Under the pieces are notes generated by a model that saw only the letters and a program-made list of their open reading frames with translations, had not been told where the DNA came from and made no database searches. Below are positions 12,531-25,555 of a DNA stretch of 64,000 bases, piece by piece (the first letter of the stretch is position 1; each line of letters starts with the position of its first letter). The stretch is from Geosiphon pyriformis uo1 (taxonomy: Eukaryota > Fungi > Glomeromycota), in contig JAAOMT010000029.1 in NCBI GenBank assembly GCA_016748015.1, forward strand, positions 236,896-300,895. Reading direction: 5' to 3'. The position numbers and the translations under genes are program-made.

Positions 12531-13161
12531 ATTGCTGAGAGACCAAGTAGTAACTAATGCAAAAGTGAAACCTTTCACTGATTAATTAAATATAAAATAT
12601 AAAGTACTAGATGTTCAGCACTGATTCTTCATTGCTTAAACTACATTGGAGAGAAGGAATTTATAGTCGCTTTAATACGCCTGACTAAATTGACAACACA
12701 ATTATTCAAAAGTTTAAAGCAATCTTATCTGTCCAAGGTAGCTACTGTTTCCGAAGAGAGCTAAATAAAGTCGATAATGTTGATTAGCCATATAATGTCA
12801 TGGTAGAGCAGCAGTTGAGAAAAGCAGATAAGGTAATCATACTTGAGGGAGGGTAAGGTTGAAGCATCTGATACAAGGAAATGATTGTAAACACGAAAGA
12901 AATTTTGGACAAAAATTGTCAGAAACTTTCAATCTATGAACTAATGTCTTTAAAATCAAAAAATACAACTATCTTCTCCCTGCTGGAAAACATACGGACT
13001 TGATGCTTCAACATAATAATTGGGGTGAATTTAATTGGAATATTGAGAAACTTGTTGATTTTGTGATTCTATACTTTGAAAATGAAGGAGCTGAGGGAGG
13101 AAAGAAGAAAGGAAGAATTGAAAAAAATTCAAAGAAACTAAGCAAGAATGGGAGAAAATAA
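12531..13161 (+). pseudogene. Uridine-kinase-like pseudogene, copy 1 (intronless, bacterial-type architecture)
   Basis: Motifs in order: eroded P-loop IA..PSSN*CKS (12531-12566), KVLDV/STDS, RFNTPD*IDNTIIQKFKAIL (cf. Udk NFDHPDAFD.LL...L..L), KADKVIILEG (12821-12850), YLLPAGKHTDLMLQHNNWGEFNWNIEKLVDFVILYF (cf. FIEPTK.YADIII). Contains stops and frameshifts. Confidence 0.65.
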
Positions 13162-13703
13162 GATGGTGTACCCTCACAATTTCACTTTGTCGGGTTTTGT
13201 TGTTAACTTTTGCCTAATGTAACAACCCAAAGTGTCAAAGATTTCCTTATATATATTGGTATTATCGATGGGGGTCTCATTTTTTGAATAAAAGTGAATG
13301 TGTTTGTCCAAAAATCAAATTACACTATAAGTTGTTTTTTTATAAACTTGATATTTTTTTGAAATTCTTAAAATTGACTTTTTCATTGTAAATAAAATTT
13401 GATTTGATTTCTAAAATAATAATATTTTTAATAAAATCCAATAGATAATTAAATTTAAAATGAGTAATATTTTATTTGAATTAGTCTGATATGTTTCAAA
13501 TGATTTTAATTAATTTTAAAATTTTAATACATTTAAAAGCTCAACTTTTATATAAATAAAATTGGTTAAGAAACTTAATTATTTATTAAATGAGTATATA
13601 AAAGTAGAAAAAAATTGATGATTGATTAATAAATAAACTAAAAATTTAATTAAATCAATCTAGAACAAGTTTTAAACCAAAATATTTATTTTATAAATAA
13701 ATG

Positions 13704-13742
<39 letters not shown>

Positions 13743-13766
13743 AATAATAATAATAATAATAATATA

Positions 13767-13812
<46 letters not shown>
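13704..13812 (+). repeat. Compound microsatellite (AAC)n(AAT)n
   Basis: Directly visible tandem trinucleotide runs. Confidence 0.95.
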
Positions 13813-14923
13813 TATAAATATTTTTAAAACAAATTTAATTTTTAATTTATAAATTAATACGATTGTTAATATTTCAATTAAAATATTATTCATTAAAAAA
13901 TTAGTATAAAAATTGTTAAAAATATTTATAATTATAATCAAAAATCAAAAATTATTTGATTTGACACATGATTACAATTTCAAAATTATATAAATACATT
14001 AATTGTAATTTATGTGATAATTATTCAAGATAAAATCTAATTATTTGAAATTAAATATTTTGAAATTCAATATAAATATTCTAATTTTTAAAAGTATCAA
14101 TAATTAGCTTCTTTTTTTTTGGAATTCAAGTTTTATGTTTAATTATATTAAGAAAATTTTTAATCATAATTTTATACTTCAGTTTTCATAATAATCAATA
14201 ATAGATTGGAACAATCCATGTAATATAACAATAAACATGTAATTAATAATCAGAAAAATAAATTTGATTAAAAGACACAAATCTGAATAGAGTTGGATGC
14301 GATCATGCACAGATATGATCCTTGAAAATATTTTTGATTTCTTCAAATATTTGTTTCATCCTAGGTCCAACAATTCGTAAAACCACATAATTAATTTTCT
14401 CTTGAGAGAGAAATTCGTTTTATAGATCAAAATATTGTGTAAATTGATTAGTTAATTTAATTTTTATTTATTTTAATCGGAAAAGAATATCGAGAGTAAA
14501 TACAAAAGAACAGAACAGAACGAGAACAAATTTTAAACGGATTATTGGAAAAAAAAGCGAAATTGCAAAAAGCCCGATTTTCGGATCTTTTTAAACGAGA
14601 AAAGTATAATGCTATTCGAAAATGTAAATTTTAAAAGGTTCGGAGTTTTTCTCAAGCTATGGAAGCTATAGAGAAGTTGAAAATGGGGAAATCGTTCCCA
14701 AACGGATAGGAAAAATAAATAGAAAATCTTAGAAAACTTGGCTTAATTTTTTTGCATAACATAGAATTTAGCAGTCTATAAATTAAAATATATATATATA
14801 ATACATTTTTAAAGAAATAGAACCAAAAGAATTTAGGCTACAATTATTTGTAATTTAAGTTTGATGTGAATCAAATTTCAATGAGAAAAGTGTATTTTAT
14901 AATTTCGCTATTAATCGATTGTA

Positions 14924-15706
14924 CTAAATTGCCGATAGTTGGCTGAAACTCATCTCCATTGCTTCAAAATTTAAAATACTGGAATTGATGAGATTATTTG
15001 GATTTATTTCATTGAATTTTAAATCAGATTTGATCATTGCCGAAAATCCCCAATCGAATTTTGTTGTTAAAAAATCATTGTTAAATGGGCTACAATCAAA
15101 AACATGAGGAGCATGATTAACCAAGAGATAGGAAAAGTTTTGTGAAATAGCTTCGAGGGTATTTTGGTTGGTGATTGATTTAGGAAAATCATCAACGACA
15201 AAGGGAAAATGTGGTAAAGCATTTGTTGGTTCAAGGGCTTGTGCTGGAATATAAAGTTCTTCCTCATCCAATTCCATATCCAAGTCTGTGCGTGCATGTA
15301 AATCGTGTTCCATGTGGTCATGAGATTCGAGGTAGATGTTGATCAAAGATTCTTTTTCTTCTTCACCACTGTTTAATATACCATATCTTGTATCCGTGTC
15401 TTCGATAGGTGAAAAATTTTCCGCATTTGTTTCATTTTTTGAAAGAAATTCGCTTTCCGAGAAAATGGGAGCAGCATTACTGTAATCGCAGTCATTAACG
15501 GTATCCAATATAATTGTTGAAAATTCAATCATGTTGAAAGGTTTTTGATTTGAATTTTGAAAAGTATCCTTTTTCAACATTTCAAATTTCCATTCAGTAT
15601 TCAATAATTGATTGTCATCTTTAAGCAAAGACTCTTCATTATTATTATTATTATTATTGTTGTTGTTGTTGTTGTTATTAAAGCTTGGTGAATCGATGGC
15701 AATCAT
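14924..15706 (-). CDS. Hypothetical acidic protein with N-terminal poly-Asn, 260 aa, intronless
   Basis: ATG-initiated 783-nt ORF with AAAATG context, more GC-rich than its flanks. No recognisable domain. Confidence 0.6.
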   Translation of the reverse strand: MIAIDSPSFNNNNNNNNNNNNNNEESLLKDDNQLLNTEWKFEMLKKDTFQNSNQKPFNMIEFSTIILDTVNDCDYSNAAPIFSESEFLSKNETNAENFSPIEDTDTRYGILNSGEEEKESLINIYLESHDHMEHDLHARTDLDMELDEEELYIPAQALEPTNALPHFPFVVDDFPKSITNQNTLEAISQNFSYLLVNHAPHVFDCSPFNNDFLTTKFDWGFSAMIKSDLKFNEINPNNLINSSILNFEAMEMSFSQLSAI

Positions 15707-18700
15707 TTTAAAAAATTTTCTTGTTTAATAGTTATTATTGACAATATCTTTTGAGCGTTGAACAATGTATAAAAGAAATATATATTTCTTTTGAAAAAGA
15801 TTAGATGAAGGTGAATATCTTTGAAAGGAATTCTCTTTTAAAAGTCAATATCGTGAAATCTTTTTTACTTTTCAAAATCTTGAAAAAAGTTCTTTATATA
15901 TTTTTTTATTTGGTGATCAGAGGATGTGACGAAACATGCAGAATTGAAATTAATCATCAAGCCACATCTTGTTTATTAAGCCCAGCTTTTCGGTATTTCA
16001 ATGTAATTTTTGGCGATGTTACTCAAGAGTTACTAATTTTAGAAATAAAGAGTTTACTATGCTGATTATAAACCTTCGGGAAACCGGATAAATTTTCCGC
16101 TTATTTTTTAATCAAATCAGGCATTAAATCAATATCAATAACAGGGAAATCAGAAACTATTTTTAGCTTAGCGAATCACTCCTTTCTTTTGATCAAATTA
16201 TTTTTAGCGTGGAGAGGCTGTTTAACAAACTCGCGGATTATATAAAGTTTCGAAATTTTATTATTATTAAGCTTTTAGTAGGTGAAATAGAACTTGAATT
16301 CCATGAATATTTGTAAGGTAAAAACTCTAGCCCAGCAGGATAATTGAACGTGGTTTTTGATGCTTTTCAGTTATAGCTTGTGAGAATTGTTGAATTAGTA
16401 AAATTGATTTGGATTTTTTAAATTTTAATGTTGATTCGTGATGGCCCAGAAGAGTTAAGAATCTTTTTAGATATCCTTTTTTAATAAATATATACATATA
16501 AAAGATTCATCAACAAATATATATGTGATTTGATAGATCTTTCTCTTTCTTTAATTTGAAAATTTTCTTGCTTGTTCAAACTGTGCACCCACCAATATTG
16601 AAGATTACCTTTTTCAAATTAATGAAAAATATTTTCATACGTTCATAAGCAAATATTTCTTAAAGTCATTTTTACCTATTATTTTTTGTAAAGAAAAAAC
16701 TCTACAGAATTAACAATATGTCTAATGCATTAACTTGAATGGAAAATATGTACAATTTACAGTAATAAATTGTTTGCAGAAATAAATATTGAAAAGGTAA
16801 TTAGTCTAATGCATCTTTTTTTCAAAACTATAAGCATTTCAAAAATTATGATGATTTATTTACAATTTAAAAAATTTTTTGTCATAATATAAATTTTTAT
16901 GAGTATTTTTAGAAGACACGTTTATGAAACAGATGCGTTTTAAAACAAACAAAAAAAATGTCGAAAATTACAATTATTTTTAAATGAGGTTCAAGAAAAA
17001 CAGAGAAGTGCGTTCTGCAAATAAATTTTCTAAGGCAGTAATATGTATCAAAGAAAAACTGATCATTAAAAAAAAAGCAAAAAATTTTTGTATTGAACTA
17101 AACCAGTTAAGACTGTAAATAAAAAAAGATAAGTTGTTTAAAGCTATTTTAAATCTCGAAAGATCAACCAACCACTCGAATAAGCTTTATTTTAATAGAA
17201 TGTTTAAAAATGTAACATTTCTTAAGCAAACCTTGGCATGATCACTTCCAGAAACTGTTGAATTGAAATATTAAAGGCCCAGTCATATAGTAGATTTATC
17301 AAAACAAGTCATTTAATTTTCATGTTTTAATTTTTACTTATTAAATCTTTTTTTAGAAATCATCTCTATTGTTTGTATATACATATAGTTATACCTTGTT
17401 ACATGATTAAACAAACAGTCATGAAATGGGTTATCTTCTATACGATGTGACAAACAAAAAACTGTCTGGATAGCTATAAAGACATTTTTGTAGTGTAAAG
17501 TTCAAAAAATGGAACCAAATCTATTTCTTTGTTTTCGGGTTTAAAGCAAACTAACCTCTTTATCGGCAATAACCAATCAACAATATAAAACCAAATGTTG
17601 TCATTGCTAAAAAATTTAAAATAATCCAATTTGTCCATTTTTTAAATTGAAATTTTTAATAAAAAACCTGATACTCTCCGAATTATTCCTTTTAAAAAAA
17701 AAAGCTTGGACATTTATAAGGAGCATATGAATGAAGTTCTGATGTTATTTTATTTTAAAAATACTTTTTTAGAAATTTGGAAACGAGATCTTTTCTATTT
17801 GTAACCTTGTTAAGATTTTTTCCTTTCACAAATTCGTCATTCCCAGCTCGTGGTGACAAGAGTAACTTTTATAGACATTTTTTCTATAAATTTCTAAAGA
17901 TCTGGCTGATGAAAAGTTTTGTACGACAATTTCATTAAATAATGTTTTATCCAATATCCAGGTTCCAAAATGAATTTGGAATTTTTTTTTAATTTAAAAT
18001 TTTTCCTTTGCTATAGTTAACTAAATATTCTGAATTTAAATGATTTGTTTTCAAGATTAAAATAACCAAAGTGACAACTAGTATATATCAATGATTCAGG
18101 ATAACATCTTCCACAATAAAATTCAAAAAGAAGTTTTTGACAAGTTTTCTATTTATTCATGAAAATATAACAAAAAAATTTTGATTTAGAAAAATATCTT
18201 TGAATTAATCACAAATTTTTTAACTTTTATATATTACCCAAGTATTATGCATAAAAAGGTTACCAAGCTGGCAAACTTCTTTCTCTATATAAAAATTGCA
18301 GCATTATGTGTAAGCATTGGTATTATCAAGTATTTAGCCCAAATATTGACAAGAATTCTCTTTAAAAATTGCCTCAATTTAATTCAAGCTCTATTAAATA
18401 TCCATTTGTTTGTTTGTTTATTTGTTCTTGATAAACTTGAAATATTTAAGATTTTGAAAAATAATCTGTATTTTGGAATAAGTAAATATTGAATTTTGTC
18501 TAAATGCTTCAAAACTTTGAAATCAAATTTCATCAAGTATTTTTTGTAAAAGCAGATATTTTGCCCAATTTTTAACATATAATTTATTCTTTTTCCTTTA
18601 AAAAAGGAACTTATTAAGGCAAAAGGAGAAATTGAGAAAGGAAATGGAAAGATTAGACAAGTTATTAAAAAAAGCAAAAAGAATGAATAGAATAAGATAT

Positions 18701-19677
18701 AGATTTTGCTCACCAAGGAAAAGAATATTACAAAAGCATGGCTCGACGCACATGTTATGTTTTCAATTTTGAAAAATTTTTTTTTCGAAATCTTGTGAAC
18801 CAAGTAAAGCAATTGAAAAATTTTATAAAGCATAGAAAACAGATGAGAAAATTTTCCAATTATATAAATTATTCTTAATATATCACAAATTTACTAAATG
18901 TATTTAACTTTCGAAAATCTTTTATGATAAAGTGATTAACATTTTAATAAATAAAGAAAGAGTTAATTTAAATATCTAAACCTTACAAGGAACTTTTAGT
19001 AAAATATTTTTAAACTTTCTTTTTAAGGGATCATGAAAAGATTCAGCTCAAAAAAATTTTTATATCATAAGCCAATTTAAACCTATTTTTGACAATTTGT
19101 AATTATTCCAATAGTCCCAAAAAGGATTGACTTTAAGAAGAGAGCTATCTCCTTGTTTTTCGGCTCGAATCGCCTTGTTGAATTAACATAAACTTTGTAC
19201 CCATTCAGCAACCAAATTTTCAGCTTTTCTTTTTTGTCTTTCTCATATTTTTTGTGCCACCAGTGTCTTTACCTTATCTAACGTTAAAACGCCTCTTTGT
19301 AAACAACTTTTTTTAATTACACCAGCTTTTTATACATAGAAGAGCTGTGCAGAATTTTTGTATTAAACAAAACACGAGTACATTTATCATTGGTGAGATC
19401 ATAACTTAATTTATGAAAGAATGAGATCATTTTATGTTTATATTTAGATTACTTAGCCTTTTATTAACCTAAAAAGGTTTAGATTTTTGTAGTAGCATAC
19501 ATATTTATTAAAATTATTTTTGACAGCTTTTTTTAAATTTCTCGCTGAGCTTTTCACATATTTAAGTTTAGGCTTTTCGAACTTTTTTTAATCTTAACCT
19601 CCTCCCTTTTATCGATTATTAGAATACACAAATATTTTTATCAAAAAACTTTTCAAAATTTAACACTTAATAAAATC

Positions 19678-20509
19678 ATGGCCACGACAGATATTGATTC
19701 AAAACCTATTCCACCAGTTGATTTTCGCAACGCAATTATAACGCAACATTGGAATGATCCACCCCAAACAGTAGGTTCCTCATGAAAAATTTCCTTCTCT
19801 ATAATATTTAAAAGGTTTTATATCGTGAAAAACTTTTTTATTAAAAAAAAAATGGATCAGTTTTTTCCAATGGTTATTTCAAACTTAACCTATCCGAATT
19901 CGTTTGATTCAAATAGATATTTCATAAACTAATTGATCACCATGAAAAATTATCTTCGGATGAAATCGTTCAAAAGTTAGGAAACATCTTGGAAGCTTGT
20001 AAGCAAGGGTTAAAAAATGTAAAATTTCATCTCTATTTAAATTTTGAAAGAATTTGAATTAAATTCATCAAATTTTATATCCTAACTTGAATCTATCTTT
20101 TCAGACATCTGACAAAAAAATTATTTCTGACACAGAGAAACGTGTTAAAACTTTGTTTGAACGATTAACCAACAATAATCTATCGGAAAGTATTCTTTAC
20201 CAACTGGGAAAAATTTGTATTTGTATGTATGAAACTTTTTTTTTTTTAAATTTTAATCTTTTATATGACCAAAGCTAGTTTCAATATTAGTGAACGGAAT
20301 TTTTGTTTTCAATTAAAGGCCTCTCAATAAATAAGCTATTAAAACTGAATATTAATTTTTTAGATCTCGACGAAAAAGATTTTACAAACGCCTTTATAAC
20401 CCATAGTAATTTGATGAAAAGAAATTTTGATAGTGAAGGAAAATGGCTGGTGGGTGTTCGACGATTAATAGATCTTTATCAGAAAAAAATTTCAGACTCT
20501 AACCAATAA
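19678..20509 (+). CDS. SRA1: SRA1/Sec31-domain mini-protein (SRAP-like), 152 aa, 4 exons
   Basis: Exons 19678-19770, 19917-20018, 20105-20222 and 20364-20509 splice in frame. N-terminal HWNDPP and C-terminal DTEKRVKTLF...WLVGVRRLI motifs are typical of the SRA1/Sec31 C-terminal domain. Confidence 0.8.
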
Positions 20510-21230
20510 CAGTGGCAAAGTTTTACAAAAAAATTAAAAATACAAAAGATTAGGCTTCAACAATCAAAGATCAAAATTATTTGACGGATATTGAGAAATG
20601 CAGGCTAGCCTAAATTTTTTTATTAAAAAACTGAATTCATTGATAGTGAGAAAGTGTTTTCAAAAAGCGTGAGAACGGGGACGTTCTAAAACTCATTTTA
20701 ACGATATAATAGGCAGCTTTCAAAGAAACCAAGATTTTCCTTTCCAAAATTTTTTCTGTTGCAATTTGGACCAAAACTAGATGTAACCTAAGCTCATGAC
20801 TAAATGGCAAAAACCTATTTTTCCGTACTCTTTGTAGATTTAATCTGTTCCCATGGTGTGTGTCAGTATTTTCCTCAATTGATGCCCCCATTGTGTTGAA
20901 AGATAAGTCAACTAATTTTTCTTTGTTTCCCAAACTTACATAATCTATTTAATTTATAATCAAATGGAGAAAGATAAGTGATAAAAAAAATTACAATTTG
21001 AAAATCTGCTTTCGTTGATCCGATAAAAAAGTACCCAACTGTAATCATTTGAGTAAGTATTTTAGACAAAAGCCTTGTATAAATTTAGTCGAATGTTTTT
21101 TCTTGACCCGTTAGAAACCTGAAAACCCATTAAACCGTTTATCAGGGAGATTTTTTAAATAAATCGAACTTTTGGTGGATGTAAAGCCTTTTTGAAATAT
21201 GTAAAAAAAATTTAAATTTTATATAATAAA

Positions 21231-21268
<38 letters not shown>

Positions 21269-21269
21269 G

Positions 21270-22588
21270 ATGAGCATTTTTTTCATTCAAAAAATCAACT
21301 TTAAAAGGAAAATTTTGTTTAATTCACCATTTCTTTTAATTAGCATTTGCTTTTTCATTTTAAGATTCTTACATAACGGGATTCAAGATAATATCGAAAA
21401 TTACATTGGTATCAAACCATTTGTTACGAATGAGTCAAAAATTTTCATAAAAAATGTCACGAAAACAATAAATCAACTCTATAACATGAACAATAATAAA
21501 AAGAAAAAACGAAAGCCAGATCATTTTGACCGAACCAATTTTCGACGAAAAGTGGAGAATCTTGATTTACTATACAAATTTGCAAAGTTTGCTTCTTATT
21601 CCAAAAGAGCTTCTTGCTTGATTGGTCATGAGAACAGAATGGCTGAAGGGATATATGGTAAGAAAAAAAATTTTAGAGAGTAAAACCTAAATTTTTAATG
21701 TTACTTATGCCATTATTTTTTGATTTTGGTTATCTACATTCATTTAAAAAAAAGCTTTTGCAGAATCACATGATCAAGAAGTCACAATAGCGATAAAAGG
21801 AACCAAATATGATTTTCAGAAATGGATGAACCGAAAAAATGTCTTAATTGAATATCCCGGAAATTTTGATCATGTTAAACCTCGAGTTGACCTTACATTT
21901 TATGACGATTACGTGAAATCAAGACACAATTTGATAGAACTAGTAAAAACTGAGTTATCGCGACACATAAAATCTTTTCCTCGCATTTCATTGGTTGGTC
22001 ACGGCTTAGGGGGTGGTAAGGAATTTTTATTTTCAATTATCGTCATTTTTTACTAAACTTCTCTTGAAATTTAAAATTATTCTTTTTTGGATCTAGTATA
22101 TGCAATATTTTTAGCTCTCGAATTACAAGAATCGAAAATCATGAATCCCTTAAATGTTTTTACTTTTGGTCAGCCGAGAATTGGAGATGTTGCCTTTGCC
22201 GATTATGTCAATAAAAAATTATTCATTTTTCGTATAACACTGGAAGGTGACTACGTTCCAGTGATTCCATTTCGAACAGATCCAGGACGAGGATATTTAC
22301 ATCATCGAAACGAATTTTTTATAGACGTACCTTGTGACTGTAATCAGGAATCTGTTGTTTACGAGTGTAGAGGTTTTAAAAATCCTGAATATGGATATTT
22401 TGATGAACCACCAGTATGTATTTTCAATGTATTTTTTTATTTTTTTGCGAAAATGGAATATGTTATATAAAATTCCTGTTTTTCTTTAGTATTGCATCAA
22501 TGCTTGTGAATTAAATGTGGATCAACGAATAAAGATTCATAATGGTCCTTATTTTGGTCAAATGATGGGACAATGCCAGGATGATTAA
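21270..22588 (+). CDS. Class-3 lipase-like protein A; nucleophile elbow GHGLGG (Ser replaced by Gly); 4 exons
   Basis: Exons 21270-21657, 21755-22015, 22096-22413, 22490-22588. Motifs: AIKGT, LVGHGLGG, VFTFGQPRIGD, GDYVPVIP, YLHHRNEFFI, IHNGPYFG. N-terminal hydrophobic anchor. Confidence 0.88.
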
Positions 22589-24340
22589 AAAAGCAAAGGA
22601 AATTTTTTGATCCGAACAAAATTTTGAACACTTTCATTGATATCGAAATGGAAAAGCAATCAAAAAAGCCTTTTAAATACAAATTTTTCTATTAAAGGAG
22701 GAATTCGAAGAGAGGATGTAATTATATCAAGTTTTAAAATTTTAAAAATGCTCAAGTATATATTAAGGATTGAATTTGATTGGGACTTTTCATATCTAGA
22801 AATTAAAAAAAATGGGAATTGCTTAGCACTTGAGTATTTTATAATACTTTTGTGATCCTCCTTAACTGAAATGTATCTATTTAATATTGATAGTATGGGA
22901 GAAGTTGAAAATGAAATTTCATGTAAAAAAATTTACAACAAACCAACCAATTATTTGGTTTTAGTATAATGGCAAATGACATGAGTATTAATGTCAATCA
23001 GAAAAGATTAATTAAGAGAATGCATATGAATTTTACAAAATATAATTATTTTTATTCATTGAACATTCATGAAAATGATAATATATAGTTAGATTGGATC
23101 TGGGTTGGTTGGAAGGATTTTTTTGAAAATTATAATTCATTGTTAAACCATTTTGATTATTAAATATTTTGATTTATGATTTAGTTAAAATTCTTTAATC
23201 CAAATATTTTTAACATTATTATGCTTATTTATTGCCACTTAAAAACACTATCTCGAATACATTTTTCAAAATACTCATCCTTACAGAGTTTCATATCGCA
23301 AGACATAGTGGAAGATATTGACCTCATGTGCTGGGACCAATCAAACCGATATTTGCGAGAATTAAGAAAAAGAGGTGTCAGGATAAGCTAAATCTGTAAT
23401 GAGTGGTTTAAAATAAGTCAACAATTATTATCAATCCGAATATGTGAATATGTAATAACAAATGTATGGGTAAATGCTCGTTTTCCATTAAAAAATTTTT
23501 TCGGGAGTTTCTCATTTTCTATCTTGTTTGTTTGTATAGACTCACTGAAATAGTGATGTAAATGCTGTTCGAAATATAATGGAATATCTTTCCGTCTATG
23601 AACTCTGGTGGTGAACTGGCACCAATACCATTTTCGGAACATTAGTCTTCTTTTGAAAATCCCATCATTTGCTTCTGATAAACATATTAAATTACATTAT
23701 TATTTAGATATTCATTAAGTTATTTTCAATAATATTTATCCTTTTATTTATTGATTTTATACAAAAAGATTATTTAATTATGTTTTTATTGGGAAATACA
23801 TTTTTATTTTTATTTTAATGTTTAAATTTTATAAATTTCAGTTGATTTCTATTATTTCTTTACAAATTTACATAATAAAATAAAAATTTAGCTGTAAATA
23901 TAACTTCTTTTTTTTTTAAAAAAAAAAATTACGACATATTATTATTTGTAAAGTAATATTAATTTTTTGCTTATTTACAAAATTGTAAATAAAATGGTTT
24001 TTTTTTTAATTATATTGACATAAAATTTTTTATCTTATTTTTAACAAAAAATAATATCTCATAAGTTTTAAATTTAAATTTATATTTTTACAAAAACTTT
24101 TTAAAAATAACTTAATAAAAGAAGAATAAAAATGTACTTTAAAATAAATAAAATCCAAATCACAAAGTTAATTATTTAATTTTTAACTTAAACAATAACT
24201 CTTTCTTATTAAGGATCAAATCAGTTTTTTTAATTTATTATGATGTTCGATCATCAGATAAGTATTCTATCATTAAAATGATCACTGAATCAATTCTTTT
24301 TTTTTTTTGTAAAAAAAGACCGTTATTTTTAATTCCTAAT

Positions 24341-25426
24341 ATGTTCAGGAAATTACCATTGTTATCAAGAAATTTTGCGATTCGCCATGATGCTTTAGGG
24401 TCCTTTCGATTTCAGTATCATCCAAAAATGACATCAAGCCTGGGTCCTATGCTTGGTACTTGCAGTTTTATTTGGATTTCTAGGAATTTATAACAGCTAA
24501 ATTCACAATCTCAAAAATATTTTGAGGAAACCCAAAATTCTCAAGCCATGACGCAAAAACTAATACCCTACATGATGAATCTTTGAATCAGAATTCTAAG
24601 GAATCAGTAATTTCAAGCTTTCAACGAACTCTCTTGGGACTTAGTTCAGCAATTACTGGATTCATTGATCCCACTCGACAAGGTAAGAATTTAAGATATA
24701 AATTTCAAAACTTTTTTCAATTTTGGTATGCTATAATTTTCTATATTTTGCAGATATGATTGCAACACTAGGTGAGACAACTGGCCAAATTTTCTTGGCA
24801 CGCCTTCGAGATATGATGCTCCTTGATACAACTGGGCGTCGTATTTTACGTGAACAACCGGTAGTCAATTCTTCCACAATTAACATTGTGAAATTGAGAC
24901 AGTACCCTCAGGGAACTTTCGGTAAGAAATATGTTGAGTTTTTGGATTCCTATAAGGTATCGCCCGATAGCCGAGTGAAAGTAAGAGCCCTCAAAATTGA
25001 TATCAATTCATGAAAAGTTTTATCATTCATAATCACATTGCTGATATTGCATTTCAATACTACTCAAAGGTTCAATACATCCAAGATCAAGAATTAGCCT
25101 ATGTGATGCAACGTTTCCGTGAATCCCATGACTTTTTCCACGCCTTAACAAATCTGTCCATAACTGTTGAAAGTGAAATTGCTTTGAAATGGTTCGAGTT
25201 AGCCCAGACTGGACTACCCGTTTCTTTGCTGAGCTCACTAGTTGGACCGTTGAGATTAACTTCGGCAGAACGTGCACGATTATTTAGTGTTTATGTTCCT
25301 TGGGCCATACAATGCGGCTCTGCAAGTAAATTCTTGATGAATGTGTATTTTGAAGAGTGGTTTGAAAAAGATTTAGAATCCATGAGACGAGAATTGGGAA
25401 TTTATTTGCCAGACTTGGGAGCATAA
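24341..25426 (+). CDS. COQ4: Ubiquinone biosynthesis protein Coq4 (mitochondrial), multi-exon
   Basis: Presequence-like MFRKLPLLSRNF; DPTRQ/DMIATLGETTG; GRRILREQP; YVMQRFRESHDFFHALT..ESEIALKWFELAQTGLP (HDxxH-x-E metal motif). The acceptor of the first intron is ambiguous. Confidence 0.95.
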
Positions 25427-25555
25427 TTTTTGTGTGATTTACAAAGATATATTTAATTATGAGGAAAAGCTTGTTCTAGGAATATATGATTGGTAAATTA
25501 AAAAAGTAATGCCAAGATACCCCCCTAAATACTCGACCAATACTCTGTTCAGTAG

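Noticed and set aside
13672-13941. 89-aa ORF with poly-Ile/Tyr/Cys
   Set aside because: It is a translation of the (AAC)n(AAT)n microsatellite in AT-rich DNA.
16000-19600. Several 60-150 aa Phe/Leu/Lys-rich ORFs (e.g. 18384-18833)
   Set aside because: Their composition is typical of chance ORFs in AT-rich intergenic DNA, with no motifs or splice-consistent structure.
24456-24607. Possible rare GAG 3' splice site in COQ4 intron 1 (24526)
   Set aside because: An in-frame CAG acceptor at 24607 also works, and the two cannot be distinguished without cDNA.
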